Shown here: one piece after another, positions 16,183 through 29,816 of the stretch
Numbering within the stretch: the first letter of the stretch is position 1
Layout: the number at the start of each line of letters is the position of its first letter
Assembly (NCBI GenBank): GCA_964016885.1
Contig: OZ024743.1
Span: 104,966,001 to 105,030,000, forward strand
Source of the DNA: Eledone cirrhosa
Taxonomy: Eukaryota
DNA length: 64,000 nt
Direction of reading: 5' to 3'
Made by a program: the position numbers and the translations under genes
The notes under the pieces: model-generated
Databases searched by the model: none
What the model was told of the DNA's origin: nothing
Seen by the model: the letters and a program-made list of their open reading frames with translations, nothing else

Positions 16183-16930
<748 letters not shown>

Positions 16931-16966
16931 TTAATAAATGGAAACTATATTTATAAAAGCATAATT

Positions 16967-17030
16967 ATTTTATTATATATATTTCAAGGGCAACCAAGGC
17001 AAATTATGGTGCGTTTTCATCAGATTAAAA
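16967..17030 (-). ncRNA. Minimal type I hammerhead ribozyme (diverged relative of the 54294 family)
   Basis: TTTTAAT-CTGATGA-...-GAAA-TATATA-TA-ATAAAAT; stem II weak. Confidence 0.55.
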
Positions 17031-17241
17031 ACAGATTTGTTTTATAAATAAATATTGACATACCCGGAAAAAAGACAACCTTAACGGCTGAAACTCCATG
17101 GTTATATATATATATATATATATGTATGCATGTATTTTTTTTTCTGAATATACAGTTGCTTTTTCTCAAACAACTTTCACCGTTCATCTCTCTTCTCACT
17201 CTCTATCTTTCTCTTTCATCTTTTACTCCTCATTCTATATT

Positions 17242-17274
17242 TTGATGAAGGACTAATGTCTGAAACGTAAAGAG
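17242..17274 (+). ncRNA. Decayed minimal hammerhead
   Basis: TTGATGA-AGGAC-taat-GTCT-GAAA-CG-TA; first core C replaced by T, stem I poor. Confidence 0.45.
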
Positions 17275-17670
17275 CGGTTTCTTACTACATCAAGAGTTAA
17301 ACTAATATATTTTTGCATTGTGTCTGCTTTGTTGTTTCCGTTTACATTTTTTGCATATATATAAATAATCATTACATGAATACATTCTTCGTTTCTCTTT
17401 GAGAATTGATCTTCATAGATGCTTATCAGTTCTTTGGATAGGTTTCTACAATCATTCGAACGAGACGGATATGATATGGGTATTAGACGGGTTTCTTTGG
17501 CTAAATCGTTATATCAAAGGGTTACGTACCTTGGATATAAGATTTTAACGAAATGCCACACTGGGAAATATATATTTCAATAAAGCTCACACTGTGGAAT
17601 TATATGGATCAAATTTCTCCAAGACATCTTTGAAAGTGGAGAGATGCAAATCTTTGTGGAATCACCATAT

Positions 17671-17706
<36 letters not shown>

Positions 17707-18367
17707 GTGTGTGTGCGTGTGTATGCATGTATGTGTGTGTGTGTGTGTGTGTGTGTATGCATGTATGTGTGTGTGTGTGTGTATGCATGTATGTGTGTGT
17801 GTGTGTGTATGCATGTGTGTATGTGTGTGTAGTTTACCCTATACACAAGAGGTGATAATATAATCCCTTTGTAATATTACTTAGCTCTAGGTTAAATATC
17901 TTCAGATATATATACTACACGCCGTGATATAGTTCCCTATCTGCTCTGCCTCTATGCATCTCTATTTCTCTATCTGTTTTTGAATGTATATGATTACATC
18001 TTTAACTCTGTTTCCATTCCAGTTTGTTTGTCTATCACTTCGCGTTTTGCTTCAGATTTAAAAGGTAAATAATTGTATGTCGACTAGATATGTTTATTTA
18101 TATATCTGATAATATAACTGCCGCTTAGAACATCCATCTATCAATCCATTCATGCATCCAACCAAACATACATACATACATACATACACATACATACATA
18201 GATTTTATATAAATACATATTATATATGAATTTAAACCAACAAGAAAGCAAACATTAACGCATTGCTTCTATCCATTAAATGCTAGATATTCAGGTTACA
18301 ACGTAAAGGTTCTGCGCCACATGGTTCGTGAGGAAATTTAAGAAAGTGTTAGTGAATTCCCAATGGC

Positions 18368-18402
<35 letters not shown>

Positions 18403-18424
18403 TGTATGTATGTATGTATGTATG

Positions 18425-20375
18425 TTATCTCTTTCTCTTAATTTCGAGTATATTTTTTTGACCGGCCACCTTCCTGGTGGCAAGGTTGTAAAAGAAAAGA
18501 AATTGTCATCCCTTGAATCGCAAGAATGTTTTGCAAATTTTGAAGGTGCCAGCTATCGCAGCCATTTGTAGACTATGAATTAGGGAGCTGCGCTCTTTGT
18601 CCGCAAATCCAAGTTCAGTCATACTTTGGTCCAAGCGGATTGGTATATAACCCGTAGCTCCAATAATGAAGGATATGAAGCTAAAGGTGTATCTTGGATA
18701 CTGGATTTGTAAACTCCTCAGCAGTGGTCCGTAGATGTCCTCCTTCTGTATTTTTCTGACAACGTTTACATCAAGTGGGCAGCTGAGCTCCACAACAGAA
18801 CACGTTTTCAATGTGTGGTCCCAAACAACAATATCAGGCCGGTTGTGCTTTAATTTGGTGGCAGTTTTTATTTTCAGGTTCCACCAGTATTCCTTAGTGC
18901 CATCTGTCTCAATATATTCTTCCTCGTTTGTTGTTAATTTTGTTTTCCGAAGTGCGTTCCAGATGGTTCTAGCTATCCCATCGTGTCTCATGGGGAGGTA
19001 GTAGCGAGATGACATTCTTTCGCAGCTGGCAACAATGTGGCTTACATCCTCGATCTTTGTTTTAAATAGCCTACATTTATTGTCAGCTGATGGCCCTCCC
19101 CTTTTGTGCAGCAGATATTTGGTAGGGAGTTCTTGTTCCTGTATTGCATAGAGATATCCGTCAAGGTGTGATGTCATAAACATATCGGAACTCTATGCCA
19201 GGCTTTTTGAGTGGTTTATACATTCTTTGGTCTGTGTTTTACGTCTCAAGTATCCATGCACAACTTTTTCTGTAAATTGGTCAATTTTTTCATCTTGTTT
19301 GAACATTGAATAGGATCTTCCGATTTCTCCGGGTGAGAGATTTACATCAGGCTTTATTCCATATCTCTCCTCCAGATCAGTCCCTATTCTAATGATATTT
19401 TTTTTTCATGCTCATAAACCTGGGCAAGATGGTTGCCAACCTTTTTCCTCTGTTGAAGGTGTTGCTTCAGTGTTACTATCCGGGTCTCATATGTTGTTAA
19501 TATGGATTTTAGACCCCGGCCACCTTCCTTGCGTGAGAAGTATAGCCTATCCACATCACCATTGATGTTAAAGTTCCCAGTAACACTGAGAAGTTTGCGA
19601 GTTCTAACATCCATCTCACTTAGTTCTTGCAATGACCAGTTCAGTAGGCCAAATGTTGGCGTTAGAATTGGCACAGCATAAGTATTGTGGGCAATGTATT
19701 TGTTGTACGCTGGCAGTTCTGATGACCATATTTTCTTTACTCTTCTGTGGTATTCAGTTCTGGTTCTTTCATTATTTATGGGTCCATTATATCTGACATC
19801 TCATCCTGTCCAAGATATCTGTAGTTGTCACCTGACTGTAGAGGTTGTATTGTCAGGCCGTTCATCTCTAGATTTCTAGAGGAGGGCACAGCTATTCCAC
19901 GTTTTACTGCTAAATATGCACACTTGGACTCACCAAATTTCATCTGTTGAAAATTGCGTAATGAGGTCCAATTGTTTCTTGATGTCATAGATATTTGGCC
20001 CATACAACTTCAGGTTATCAACAAAGAAAAGATGGGAGATACTTCTGGACCCACTTCTTTGTCCACCTTGTTTCCTGAGTAGGTAAAATAGTGGATTTAG
20101 TGAGAGAACGAAGAGTAGCACTGACAAGCTATCACCCTGAAAGATGCCCTTCTGATAATGTATCTTATCAATCTTAACTTGCTCCTTCTCACCTCTAAGG
20201 ATCAAATTGGTGTACCAGTTCTTGGTCAGACGTTCAACAGCAGCTACCAATGGTTGTGGGACTTTGGCTAACTGTAAAGCCTTAATAATCAACCCATGAG
20301 GTACACTATCAAATGCTTTTTGATAGTCCAGCCACACCACAGTCATGTTTCTGCGATTCTTTGTTGTTTTTTCTT
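18425..20375 (-). mobile_element. 5'-truncated, frameshifted R4/Dong-clade retrotransposon (RT, CCHC, RLE)
   Basis: WLDYQKAFDSVPH, GIFQGDSLS, YRYLG, RLYFSRKEGGRGL, AIQEQ, CRL..HIVASC..RHD, RPDIVV, ELSCP; (TATG)n on both flanks. Confidence 0.9.
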
Positions 20376-20570
20376 GGTGTATGTATGTATGTATGTATAT
20401 GTATATTTATATATATATATATAAATATATAAATAAATATATATATATATATATATAAATACAGACAAACATACACTCACACAAACGCACACTCAGATAT
20501 GTATGTATATATACATACATAGGCTGACATACATACGTAGATATATATATGTATATATGGATACATATAT

Positions 20571-21150
20571 TTTTCCCCGCTGTGACTCCTCTATTTCGTT
20601 CTTACTGCCTCCTCTTTCTCTGTAGCTTTACCCTCTTTAACAGTCACTCTCTCTGTTAGCCTCTTCCTCACCCTTCACTCACTCACTCTCTGCTACTACC
20701 TCTCCTACTTCCTCCCGTTTGACCTGTGCGTAATTATTTTCTCTCGCACGCTTGGCCAGGCTGGTTCCCCTTTTCTCTCTCGTCTACGATTTCACAGAAC
20801 TTATGTTCACCGAATTCACGGACTGGACTCCTTCTTCCTCCCGTTTGACCTGTGCGGAATTCCTTCCTTGCTCACATCTCGACTAGGTTTGATGGTCTTT
20901 ATTCTCTCTCGTTCATGCTTTCACCGAACTTATATTCATGGAAATCTGCGAGTTGACTCATTCTTCCTCACTTTTCGTTGCTTTACCATCTTTGTTTGTT
21001 TACACTCTCGCTCGTTCCCCTTATTTACGCGTCCCAACGACTTTCTTTAGCCGTTGCTCGCACCAACCGGAGGTATATGGTCTTTAAAGCGATGAAATAC
21101 CAATGATGGTTGGAATATCTACTGATGAAGGACTGACTTTATTCATATGT
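20571..21150 (+). mobile_element. ~600-635 bp non-coding monomer family with ~90-bp internal subrepeats and a permuted hammerhead-like motif
   Basis: Homologous to 36955-37735, ~47150-47640 and 54551-55221 (all minus strand). Confidence 0.85.
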
Positions 21151-21160
21151 ATATATATGT

Positions 21161-21200
<40 letters not shown>

Positions 21201-21208
<8 letters not shown>

Positions 21209-21390
21209 GACTTTCTACAGGACTAAAACTGTTTCATTCGTGAGAAAACATCAGGAAGCGGTTCCTTATGTTTTCTCACGAATGAAACAGTTCTAGTCCT
21301 GTAGAAGCTCTTCTATATTAAAACTGTTATACTCTGCTATGTATTGAGTACCTTACCTACTGTGGTTACCTCTGACTCAACCCGGAATAA
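21201..21390 (+). repeat. pLTR 3' remnant with ~50-bp-arm fold-back hairpin (21201-21318) containing the 3' half of a hammerhead
   Basis: Arms are reverse-complementary; GAAA-CAGTTCTAG-TC-CTGTAGAA followed by tail TTGAGTAC. Confidence 0.65.
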
Positions 21391-21506
21391 CTTCTCTCTC
21401 TCTCTCTATCTCTCTCTCTCCACACTTCTCTCTCTCTCTCTCTCCCTCTCTCTATATATATATGTATATATATATATACATATATATATATGTATATATA
21501 AATATG

Positions 21507-21537
<31 letters not shown>

Positions 21538-21544
21538 GTATATG

Positions 21545-21627
<83 letters not shown>

Positions 21628-21628
21628 G

Positions 21629-21659
<31 letters not shown>

Positions 21660-21688
21660 GTATATATATATATGTATATATACATATG

Positions 21689-21719
<31 letters not shown>

Positions 21720-21720
21720 G

Positions 21721-21751
<31 letters not shown>

Positions 21752-21752
21752 G

Positions 21753-21785
<33 letters not shown>

Positions 21786-21794
21786 GTATATATA

Positions 21795-21829
<35 letters not shown>

Positions 21830-21838
21830 GTATATATA

Positions 21839-21873
<35 letters not shown>

Positions 21874-21934
21874 GTATATATATGTATGTATATATATATA
21901 TACATATATATATATATGTATATATATATGTATG

Positions 21935-21965
<31 letters not shown>

Positions 21966-22071
21966 GTATATATATGTATGTATATATATATATATATATA
22001 CATATATATATGCGTATACATATATGTATATATATATACGTATATATATGTATACGTATATATATATATAC

Positions 22072-22104
<33 letters not shown>

Positions 22105-22108
<4 letters not shown>

Positions 22109-22255
22109 TCGCAAATCGGTCGCAAATCCAGGAAGAAGGAGCAACGTGAAATAAAGTGTCTTGCTCAAGGACATAACGCATCGCCCGGTCCAGGAATCGA
22201 ACTCACAACCTGAAGATTGTGAATCCACTTCTCTAACCACTCAGCCACACGCCTC

Positions 22256-22258
<3 letters not shown>
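22105..22258 (-). mobile_element. tRNA-derived SINE family A, 3'-truncated, forming the left tip of the PLE palindrome
   Basis: Reverse complement of 27515-27658. Confidence 0.85.
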
Positions 22259-22324
<66 letters not shown>

Positions 22325-22331
22325 GTATATG

Positions 22332-22379
<48 letters not shown>

Positions 22380-22391
22380 CGTATATGTATA

Positions 22392-22440
<49 letters not shown>

Positions 22441-22451
22441 GTATATGTATA

Positions 22452-22514
<63 letters not shown>

Positions 22515-22629
22515 GTTAGAATATGTGTAATAAGGTCAAGACAATGCAGATATGGACATAGAAAAAAGAATGCAATAGTGAGAGATATTGATGAGAATTC
22601 GTCTTTCACCTTGAATTTATTTTAAATGT

Positions 22630-22664
22630 CCTTAATTTTCGAGATAATATCTCTTCTTCGGAGG
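22630..22664 (-). ncRNA. Ultra-minimal hammerhead variant (copy of 27004-27038)
   Basis: Reverse complement of the 27004 motif. Confidence 0.5.
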
Positions 22665-23052
22665 GAAGTAAAAGTCTCAGACCAGCGTCTTAAATTTCCA
22701 ATGAAGCCATGCTGACCGGAAATAGTATAGAGTTCTAACTTTAATATCAAAGAATTAAAATTAGGTGGGTAAAGAGTAGTCTCCCTTTAAGAGGGGTTTG
22801 TTTATGTTTTTGTTGTGTTTTTTAAATTTTATATGCGTGCCTGTATATGTGTGTGGGAGAAAGCATGAAGGTGTAGGTATGTGTGTGTGTGAGTGTGGGA
22901 AGATAGGTCTAATCGTAAAAGTGGGGGGTAGGTGTTATCTGGTGTTAGAACTGGTTTTGTGTGTGTATGTGTGAGAGAGAATAAGTGGAGGTGTGCGCGT
23001 GCGTGTGTGTGGGGTGTGTAAAGTGGGGCTAGAGGCCCTATCAGGTTATAAA

Positions 23053-25212
23053 TTAGGTGTTGAGCTCTAGTCTATTATTGATTGGTGGATGTGTTCTATC
23101 TATAATGAGTGCTTCCTTGATTCTAAGATTGCCGAGGTTTCTTTCTTTAGTTTCTATCCTAACTGTTATGTTTTTATCAGTGTTTTTGCATTTAACTAGG
23201 TGTTTCTTAAATGAGGAAGCGTTAGTATTGAGGTGTTCTTTTATTCTTATGTGGAGTGGTCTGGTGGTGCTACCTACGTAGAAGTTGTTGCATTTGTCAC
23301 ACTCTAGTCTGTAAACTACGTAAGCCTGGTGGCATAGGTCTGTGTCGTTGATGGGGCAGTTGGCTAGTCTGCAGCAGTTGTCATGTCTGGTGGAGTGTCT
23401 CTTAGCTAGCCGTCCACGCAAAGAAGGACCCGAATGGGCCAGTTGAATATCCAGACCTTCTCGTCTGATGGCTCTGCGGATGGCTGTTGTTGTTTCTTCA
23501 CTGAAGTGTGGGAGCTTCAGGAAGCAAGTGTTAGTGCCTCGGGTGTGGTGTCCTCTGTTCTTTCTGGCACGGTTTGTGGTGGATGTCGTGTATCCGTTCA
23601 GTTTGAGTACTTCCAGGAAATGTGTGGTGTGTGTGTCTCGGTCTCTGGCGTCGGTGCATTTGTTCTTGATACGTGCCAGTTCGTTCTTTATGTATCCGAA
23701 CTTGGCACCGAGTGGGAGGGCCGATCTGAAATGTACGAACAGGTCCCTGCTGGCGGATTTTTTATAGAAGCAGGTGTGGATGTTGCCTTCCTCTGTTACC
23801 CTGAGTTGGAAGTCCAGCAGGGATAGGGATCCGCGGTCATCGGGGTGTTCTATGCTGAACTTTATACTGGCGTCCATGCTGGAGAATGTTGTGTATATTT
23901 TCTCTGCCTCTTCACGGGATGATGTAAGGATGAGTATGTCATCTACATATCGGGTGAAGAAGGCATGGGAATGGCAGGTGTTGAGGGCTCGGCATTCTAG
24001 CTGGTTCATGTAAGTGATGGCCAGCAGGCCAGAGAGGCTGGATCCCATGGGTAATCCTGTTGTCTGTCTGTATGTGTGGTGGTGGAAGGTGAAGTACGTG
24101 TTGTCTACTGTGAAGGACAAAAGTTGGTGTATGTCCGTCGGGTGGAGGCCGTAGCAGTGGATGTTCTCTGCGACCACGCAGTCCGTCAATAAATCGACAG
24201 CTGGGTGAGCGGGGACTGTAGTGTAGAGGGAGACAACGTCGAGGCTAAAAGCGTATTTATTAAGTTTAAGTTGTTCTGGCTGGAGTTGGTGTAATCTACG
24301 TATAACTTCGTCGGAGCTACTGACATGTCCGGGGAAGGTGGAGAGTAGAGGCTTGAGGACCTGGGAGAGAAGCCAGGAAATTTTGTATAGGGGTCCTTCT
24401 ATGCTAGAGACGATGGGTCTTATATGCGTCTTAGTGCTATTCTTGTGGGTCTTGATGAGGTGGTAGAAAGTGGGCAGTCTGCTATTTCTAGTGGTGTAGT
24501 TGAGTTTAATTTTATTCGGGTGTTGTCTTCTCCTACAGATATCGAACCAAATGGAGTTGGTCTGTTTTTCGATTTGGGCTGCGGAAATGTCCGGGATCAC
24601 TGTGTACAGTTCACTGTCGCTTAGGTGTTCGAAGGCTAGGTTATTGTATGTGGCTTGAGAGATGACGCAGAACTCTTTACCTTTGTCGGATGTTAAGTAA
24701 ATAAGTTCCTTATTCCGTAGGTTCTTCAGGGCGAGTTGTTGTGTCCTGGAGAGGTTAGGGGCCATCTTCTTCTGTTTCCGTAAGATGTTAAATACGGAAT
24801 GTTTTAGTCTCGAGAGTTTTTCTTCCAGCTCGCGGTTGGCGGGTGGTGGATAGAGTGGGCGATCTAGTTGGTATATCGGGAATCTGGGTGTGGTGGATTC
24901 CGTGGTGTTGTTGTCGAGAGTCGATATCCATTTCAGTTGGTAGGCAGTTCGACAGAAATTCGTTTCTATGTCGAGCCATAGTCTGTCGTCCAGTCTCTGT
25001 TTCAATATGAACTTGGGACCCAGGCTGAGGAGGTCTAATTCCTCTCGGGAGAGGGATCCTGTCAAGTCTGTGACGAGGTGTTTTGCGTCAGGTGTGTTGT
25101 TGGTCGGGGTGCCGCTAGGTTCGGTGTTGGTAACGTATTGTTCGCCTCTGTTGGTGTTTGGCGTTGGGATGTTGTTAAGACAGTTGGCCGTCCTGAGTTT
25201 GAGAAATTTTTT
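23053..25212 (-). CDS. Penelope-like RT / C-terminal GIY-YIG endonuclease ORF, 5'-truncated but uninterrupted
   Basis: LSLGPKF, SDKG, YHLIKTHK, RPIVS, SLDVVSLYT, GLPMGS, RYVDD, Cys-rich linker, VVYRLECDKCNNFYVGST..RIKEH, EA..I..P.IN; the frame stays open up to the inversion junction. Confidence 0.93.
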   Translation of the reverse strand, partial: KKFLKLRTANCLNNIPTPNTNRGEQYVTNTEPSGTPTNNTPDAKHLVTDLTGSLSREELDLLSLGPKFILKQRLDDRLWLDIETNFCRTAYQLKWISTLDNNTTESTTPRFPIYQLDRPLYPPPANRELEEKLSRLKHSVFNILRKQKKMAPNLSRTQQLALKNLRNKELIYLTSDKGKEFCVISQATYNNLAFEHLSDSELYTVIPDISAAQIEKQTNSIWFDICRRRQHPNKIKLNYTTRNSRLPTFYHLIKTHKNSTKTHIRPIVSSIEGPLYKISWLLSQVLKPLLSTFPGHVSSSDEVIRRLHQLQPEQLKLNKYAFSLDVVSLYTTVPAHPAVDLLTDCVVAENIHCYGLHPTDIHQLLSFTVDNTYFTFHHHTYRQTTGLPMGSSLSGLLAITYMNQLECRALNTCHSHAFFTRYVDDILILTSSREEAEKIYTTFSSMDASIKFSIEHPDDRGSLSLLDFQLRVTEEGNIHTCFYKKSASRDLFVHFRSALPLGAKFGYIKNELARIKNKCTDARDRDTHTTHFLEVLKLNGYTTSTTNRARKNRGHHTRGTNTCFLKLPHFSEETTTAIRRAIRREGLDIQLAHSGPSLRGRLAKRHSTRHDNCCRLANCPINDTDLCHQAYVVYRLECDKCNNFYVGSTTRPLHIRIKEHLNTNASSFKKHLVKCKNTDKNITVRIETKERNLGNLRIKEALIIDRTHPPINNRLELNT

Positions 25213-25214
25213 TC

Positions 25215-26615
25215 AAGACCTACAAGAATAGCACTAAGACGCATATAAAACCCATCGTCTCTAGCATAGAAGGACCCCTATACAAAATTTCCTGGCTTCT
25301 CTCCCAGGTCCTCAAGCCTCTACTCTCCACCTTCCCCGGACATGTCAGTAGCTCCGACGAAGTTATACGTAGATTACACCAACTCCAGCCAGAACAACTT
25401 AAACTTAATAAATACGCTTTTAGCCTCGACGTTGTCTCCCTCTACACTACAGTCCCCGCTCACCCAGCTGTCGATTTATTGACGGACTGCGTGGTCGCAG
25501 AGAACATCCACTGCTACGGCCTCCACCCGACGGACATACACCAACTTTTGTCCTTCACAGTAGACAACACGTACTTCACCTTCCACCACCACACATACAG
25601 ACAGACAACAGGATTACCCATGGGATCCAGCCTCTCTGGCCTGCTGGCCATCACTTACATGAACCAGCTAGAATGCCGAGCCCTCAACACCTGCCATTCC
25701 CATGCCTTCTTCACCCGATATGTAGATGACATACTCATCCTTACATCATCCCGTGAAGAGGCAGAGAAAATATACACAACATTCTCCAGCATGGACGCCA
25801 GTATAAAGTTCAGCATAGAACACCCCGATGACCGCGGATCCCTATCCCTGCTGGACTTCCAACTCAGGGTAACAGAGGAAGGCAACATCCACACCTGCTT
25901 CTATAAAAAATCCGCCAGCAGGGACCTGTTCGTACATTTCAGATCGGCCCTCCCACTCGATGCCAAGTTCGGATACATAAAGAACGAACTGGCACGTATC
26001 AAGAACAAATGCACCGACGCCAGAGACCGAGACACACACACCACACATTTCCTGGAAGTACTCAAACTGAACGGATACACGACATCCACCACAAACCGTG
26101 CCAGAAAGAACAGAGGACACCACACCCGAGGCACTAACACTTGCTTCCTGAAGCTCCCACACTTCAGTGAAGAAACAACAACAGCCATCCGCAGAGCCAT
26201 CAGACGAGAAGGTCTGGATATTCAACTGGCCCATTCGGGTCCTTCTTTGCGTGGACGGCTAGCTAAGAGACACTCCACCAGACATGACAACTGCTGCAGA
26301 CTAGCCAACTGCCCCATCAACGACACAGACCTATGCCACCAGGCTTACGTAGTTTACAGACTAGAGTGAGACAAATGCAACAACTTCTACGTAGGTAGCA
26401 CCACCAGACCACTCCACATAAGAATAAAAGAACACCTCAATACTAACGCTTCCTCATTTAAGAAACACCTAGTTAAATGCAAAAACACTGATAAAAACAT
26501 AACAGTTAGGATAGAAACTAAAGAAAGAAACCTCGGCAATCTTAGAATCAAGGAAGCACTCATTATAGATAGAACACATCCACCAATCAATAATAGACTA
26601 GAGCTCAACACCTAA
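25215..26615 (+). pseudogene. Inverted shorter copy of the PLE ORF with an in-frame TGA (26367-26369) at a Cys codon
   Basis: Nearly the same protein as the minus copy from KT(Y/H)K onward; TGT changed to TGA in LEC(D)KC. Confidence 0.92.
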
Positions 26616-27003
26616 TTTATAACCTGATAGGGCCTCTAGCCCCACTTTACACACCCCACACACACGCACGCGCACACCTCCACTTATTCTCTCTCACACA
26701 TACACACACAAAACCAGTTCTAACACCAGATAACACCTACCCCCCACTTTTACGATTAGACCTATCTTCCCACACTCACACACACACATACCTACACCTT
26801 CATGCTTTCTCCCACACACATATACAGGCACGCATATAAAATTTAAAAAACACAACAAAAACATAAACAAACCCCTCTTAAAGGGAGACTACTCTTTACC
26901 CACCTAATTTTAATTCTTTGATATTAAAGTTAGAACTCTATACTATTTCCGGTCAGCATGGCTTCATTGGAAATTTAAGACGCTGGTCTGAGACTTTTAC
27001 TTC

Positions 27004-27038
27004 CCTCCGAAGAAGAGATATTATCTCGAAAATTAAGG
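27004..27038 (+). ncRNA. Ultra-minimal hammerhead variant in PLE pLTR
   Basis: CCT-CCGAAGA-a-GAGATA-t-TATCTC-GAAA-AT-TA-AGG; the core has C in place of U, stem III reduced to the palindrome AATT. Confidence 0.5.
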
Positions 27039-27154
27039 ACATTTAAAATAAATTCAAGGTGAAAGACGAATTCTCATCAATATCTCTCACTATTGCATTC
27101 TTTTTTCTATGTCCATATCTGCATTGTCTTGGCCTTATTACACATATTCTAACG

Positions 27155-27247
<93 letters not shown>

Positions 27248-27248
27248 C

Positions 27249-27287
<39 letters not shown>

Positions 27288-27298
27288 TATACATATAC

Positions 27299-27427
<129 letters not shown>

Positions 27428-27428
27428 C

Positions 27429-27465
<37 letters not shown>

Positions 27466-27466
27466 C

Positions 27467-27514
<48 letters not shown>

Positions 27515-27517
<3 letters not shown>

Positions 27518-27733
27518 GAGGCGTGTGGCTGAGTGGTTAGAGAAGTGGATTCACAATCTTCAGGTTGTGAGTTCGATTCCTGGACCGGGCGATGCGTTAT
27601 GTCCTTGAGCAAGACACTTTATTTCACGTTGCTCCTTCTTCCTGGATTTGCGACCGATAGATAGTACTAGCAACTGGAAAGACCAACGGAAACATTGTTT
27701 CCTCGGTAAGATTTGACGAAAGTCGATCGATCC
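27515..27733 (+). mobile_element. tRNA-derived SINE family A
   Basis: Box A TGGCTGAGTGG, box B GTTCGATTCC, core GTCCTTGAGCAAGACACTTTATTTCAC; four copies in the window. Confidence 0.88.
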
Positions 27734-27764
<31 letters not shown>

Positions 27765-27769
27765 CAAAC

Positions 27770-28153
27770 ATGGTGACTGCCAACTCGTTTTCGAGTACGG
27801 CGACTACTTTATATCCATGTAGGAGAACCCCTACCGATGCGCTGAACGAGTGTGACTTTTTAGTCCAGCCAGCGACTTGAAAACTCTGGTACAAACACTA
27901 CACTTGTGACAATTATTGACACATAGTGCTGGGCCCATGGTACCATGTGACGACAAGTGCAGAGAGATCTCCAGATATAAAGCAATGCCTGTGCCGTGAA
28001 GCTTTTATAGTGAGGAAAGACACTGCACAAAGCCAGTCCCACTCTCTTAACCAAGATGATATTTGTCAAAGAGAAGAAAAAGTCAACATCATTGGATACC
28101 ATAAAAGGTTGCACGTGTTATATCAGAGTTTTCCTTCTCCTAGAATTCTGCCT
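27770..28153 (-). repeat. Dispersed non-coding retroelement fragment (copy of ~46005-46385)
   Basis: Reverse complement of the 46 kb copy. Confidence 0.8.
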
Positions 28154-28200
28154 CAACATACATACATACATACATATATATATATACATACACACACACA

Positions 28201-28249
<49 letters not shown>

Positions 28250-28250
<1 letters not shown>

Positions 28251-29810
28251 AAAAGTACAATGCCCCGCGGCAAAGCTCAAGCCGTTTCGGCGGCTATTTC
28301 TGGACTTCGACACCAAGGAGAGATTCGGATTCAAGACCTACAAATCTCCCCCACCGAACCGTCTGCTCTCAACCTTCGAGAACGACCTCTTCCACCTGGT
28401 CAAATGTATAACATTCAAACCCTGAAACAACCGATTCCTACAACTACTCCGTAGCAAAATAACGGATTATGAAAGCACAAACGACATCCTGGTGCATTCG
28501 GACAAAACCTGAAACCTCTATTTCGTCAATCCTGACAGATACCACATACTTATCAGGAGCAGCTTGAAGTCCACCTACAAAAAGGCAAACCATTCTATAA
28601 TCCATGACATAAATCTAGATGGACAACAAATTACCTCCAGCCTCGGGGTTGCCGACCGTACTGAAACTCTCAACCTACGGATTCCCTACTTCACCCCGAA
28701 GGACCATAAATCCGACTTCGACCGCAAACCATCTATAAATCTTATAAACCCGACGAAGTCGGACATAGGGAGAATCAGCAAAAAGATCCTAGACCGCGTT
28801 ATACTAAAAGTCAAGCAAAACGCAAGACTTAGCCTTTGGGTCAGCACCCAGGAAGTCATCTCATGGTTCAGGAATATTTAGGACAAACGGGACACCAAAT
28901 TCATCCAGTTCGACAAAGAGAGCTATTACGCCTCTATTACCCTACCGCTCATTACGGCCGCTTTGGACTTTGCCAAAACGCTTGCACTCATCACCGACCA
29001 GGAAAGAAGCATCATTTTCCACGCCAGGAGGACAGTCCTCCTCTTCCACAACTCCAATTGGATAAAGGGAACTCCCGACTCCCCCTTTGACGTCAGTATG
29101 GGCGCGACCGACTCGGCCGAGGTCACCGATCTTATAGGATTATTCCTACTACATAAACTCACCGAAATGTTTCCTGCATTCGGCGCTGGATTGTACCGAG
29201 ACAATGAGTTCCTTACCCTCAAAGGGTACAACCCCAGTAGTACGGACCGGGCCCGTAAACACTCTAGCCATCCTAGAAACATCACCAATAACCTGGTTCA
29301 AAACATCACCCTCCGCATATCTCGTTTGTCCGCTAATGAGCAGATATTCGATGAACATGGGCCTTCTTAAAACAAGGCCCTCAAGCGACGCGGCTTTCTG
29401 GAGAAAATCTCCTTTTACCCAGCTTCCCCTAGCGGAACCAACAGGCGACGCCCCCACTCACGCCACGCAACGTGGTTAAACCCTCCCCACAATGCCGAGG
29501 CTGCAACACCAATCGGGAAATCTTCTTTAGGCTCCTTGAAAAACACTTCCCACCACAACACCGCTACCACAACTTAATCAACAAAAACACTACCAAACTC
29601 TCCTACAGCATCACACCCAACTTCGCACAAAACATTGATCGCCTCCTCAAACAACAAGAAACTCAACTCCAATGGAAGAAATAATCTAGACATTATTCGA
29701 GAGCCAACCAGGAGCTGTAACTGCCCTGATAGATTTACGTGCCCCCTCAACAACAGATGCCGAGACGTAACGTGATCTACCAATGCAACGTGAGGACGGA
29801 AAACTCCAAC
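28250..29810 (+). mobile_element. Decayed Penelope-like element (RT to start of endonuclease) with a short inverted pLTR piece at its 5' end
   Basis: KDHK..LINPTKSDIGRISKKIL, FIQFD, FDVSMGATDSAEVTDLIG, GLYRD, KHFPPQHRYH, CNCP..CP; several stops and deletions. Confidence 0.88.
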
Positions 29811-29816
29811 AAAGCG

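Noticed and set aside
21085-21135. SECIS element reading of ATGA...TGAT in the permuted motif
   Set aside because: No ~11-13 bp helix between the AUGA and GA quartet strands; the hammerhead-type pairings fit better
23434-26611. Antisense ORFs overlapping the PLE ORF
   Set aside because: Shadow frames of the RT/EN coding sequence, duplicated only because of the palindrome
27515-27590. tRNA gene
   Set aside because: A and B boxes are present but continue into a SINE body found four times; no proper cloverleaf
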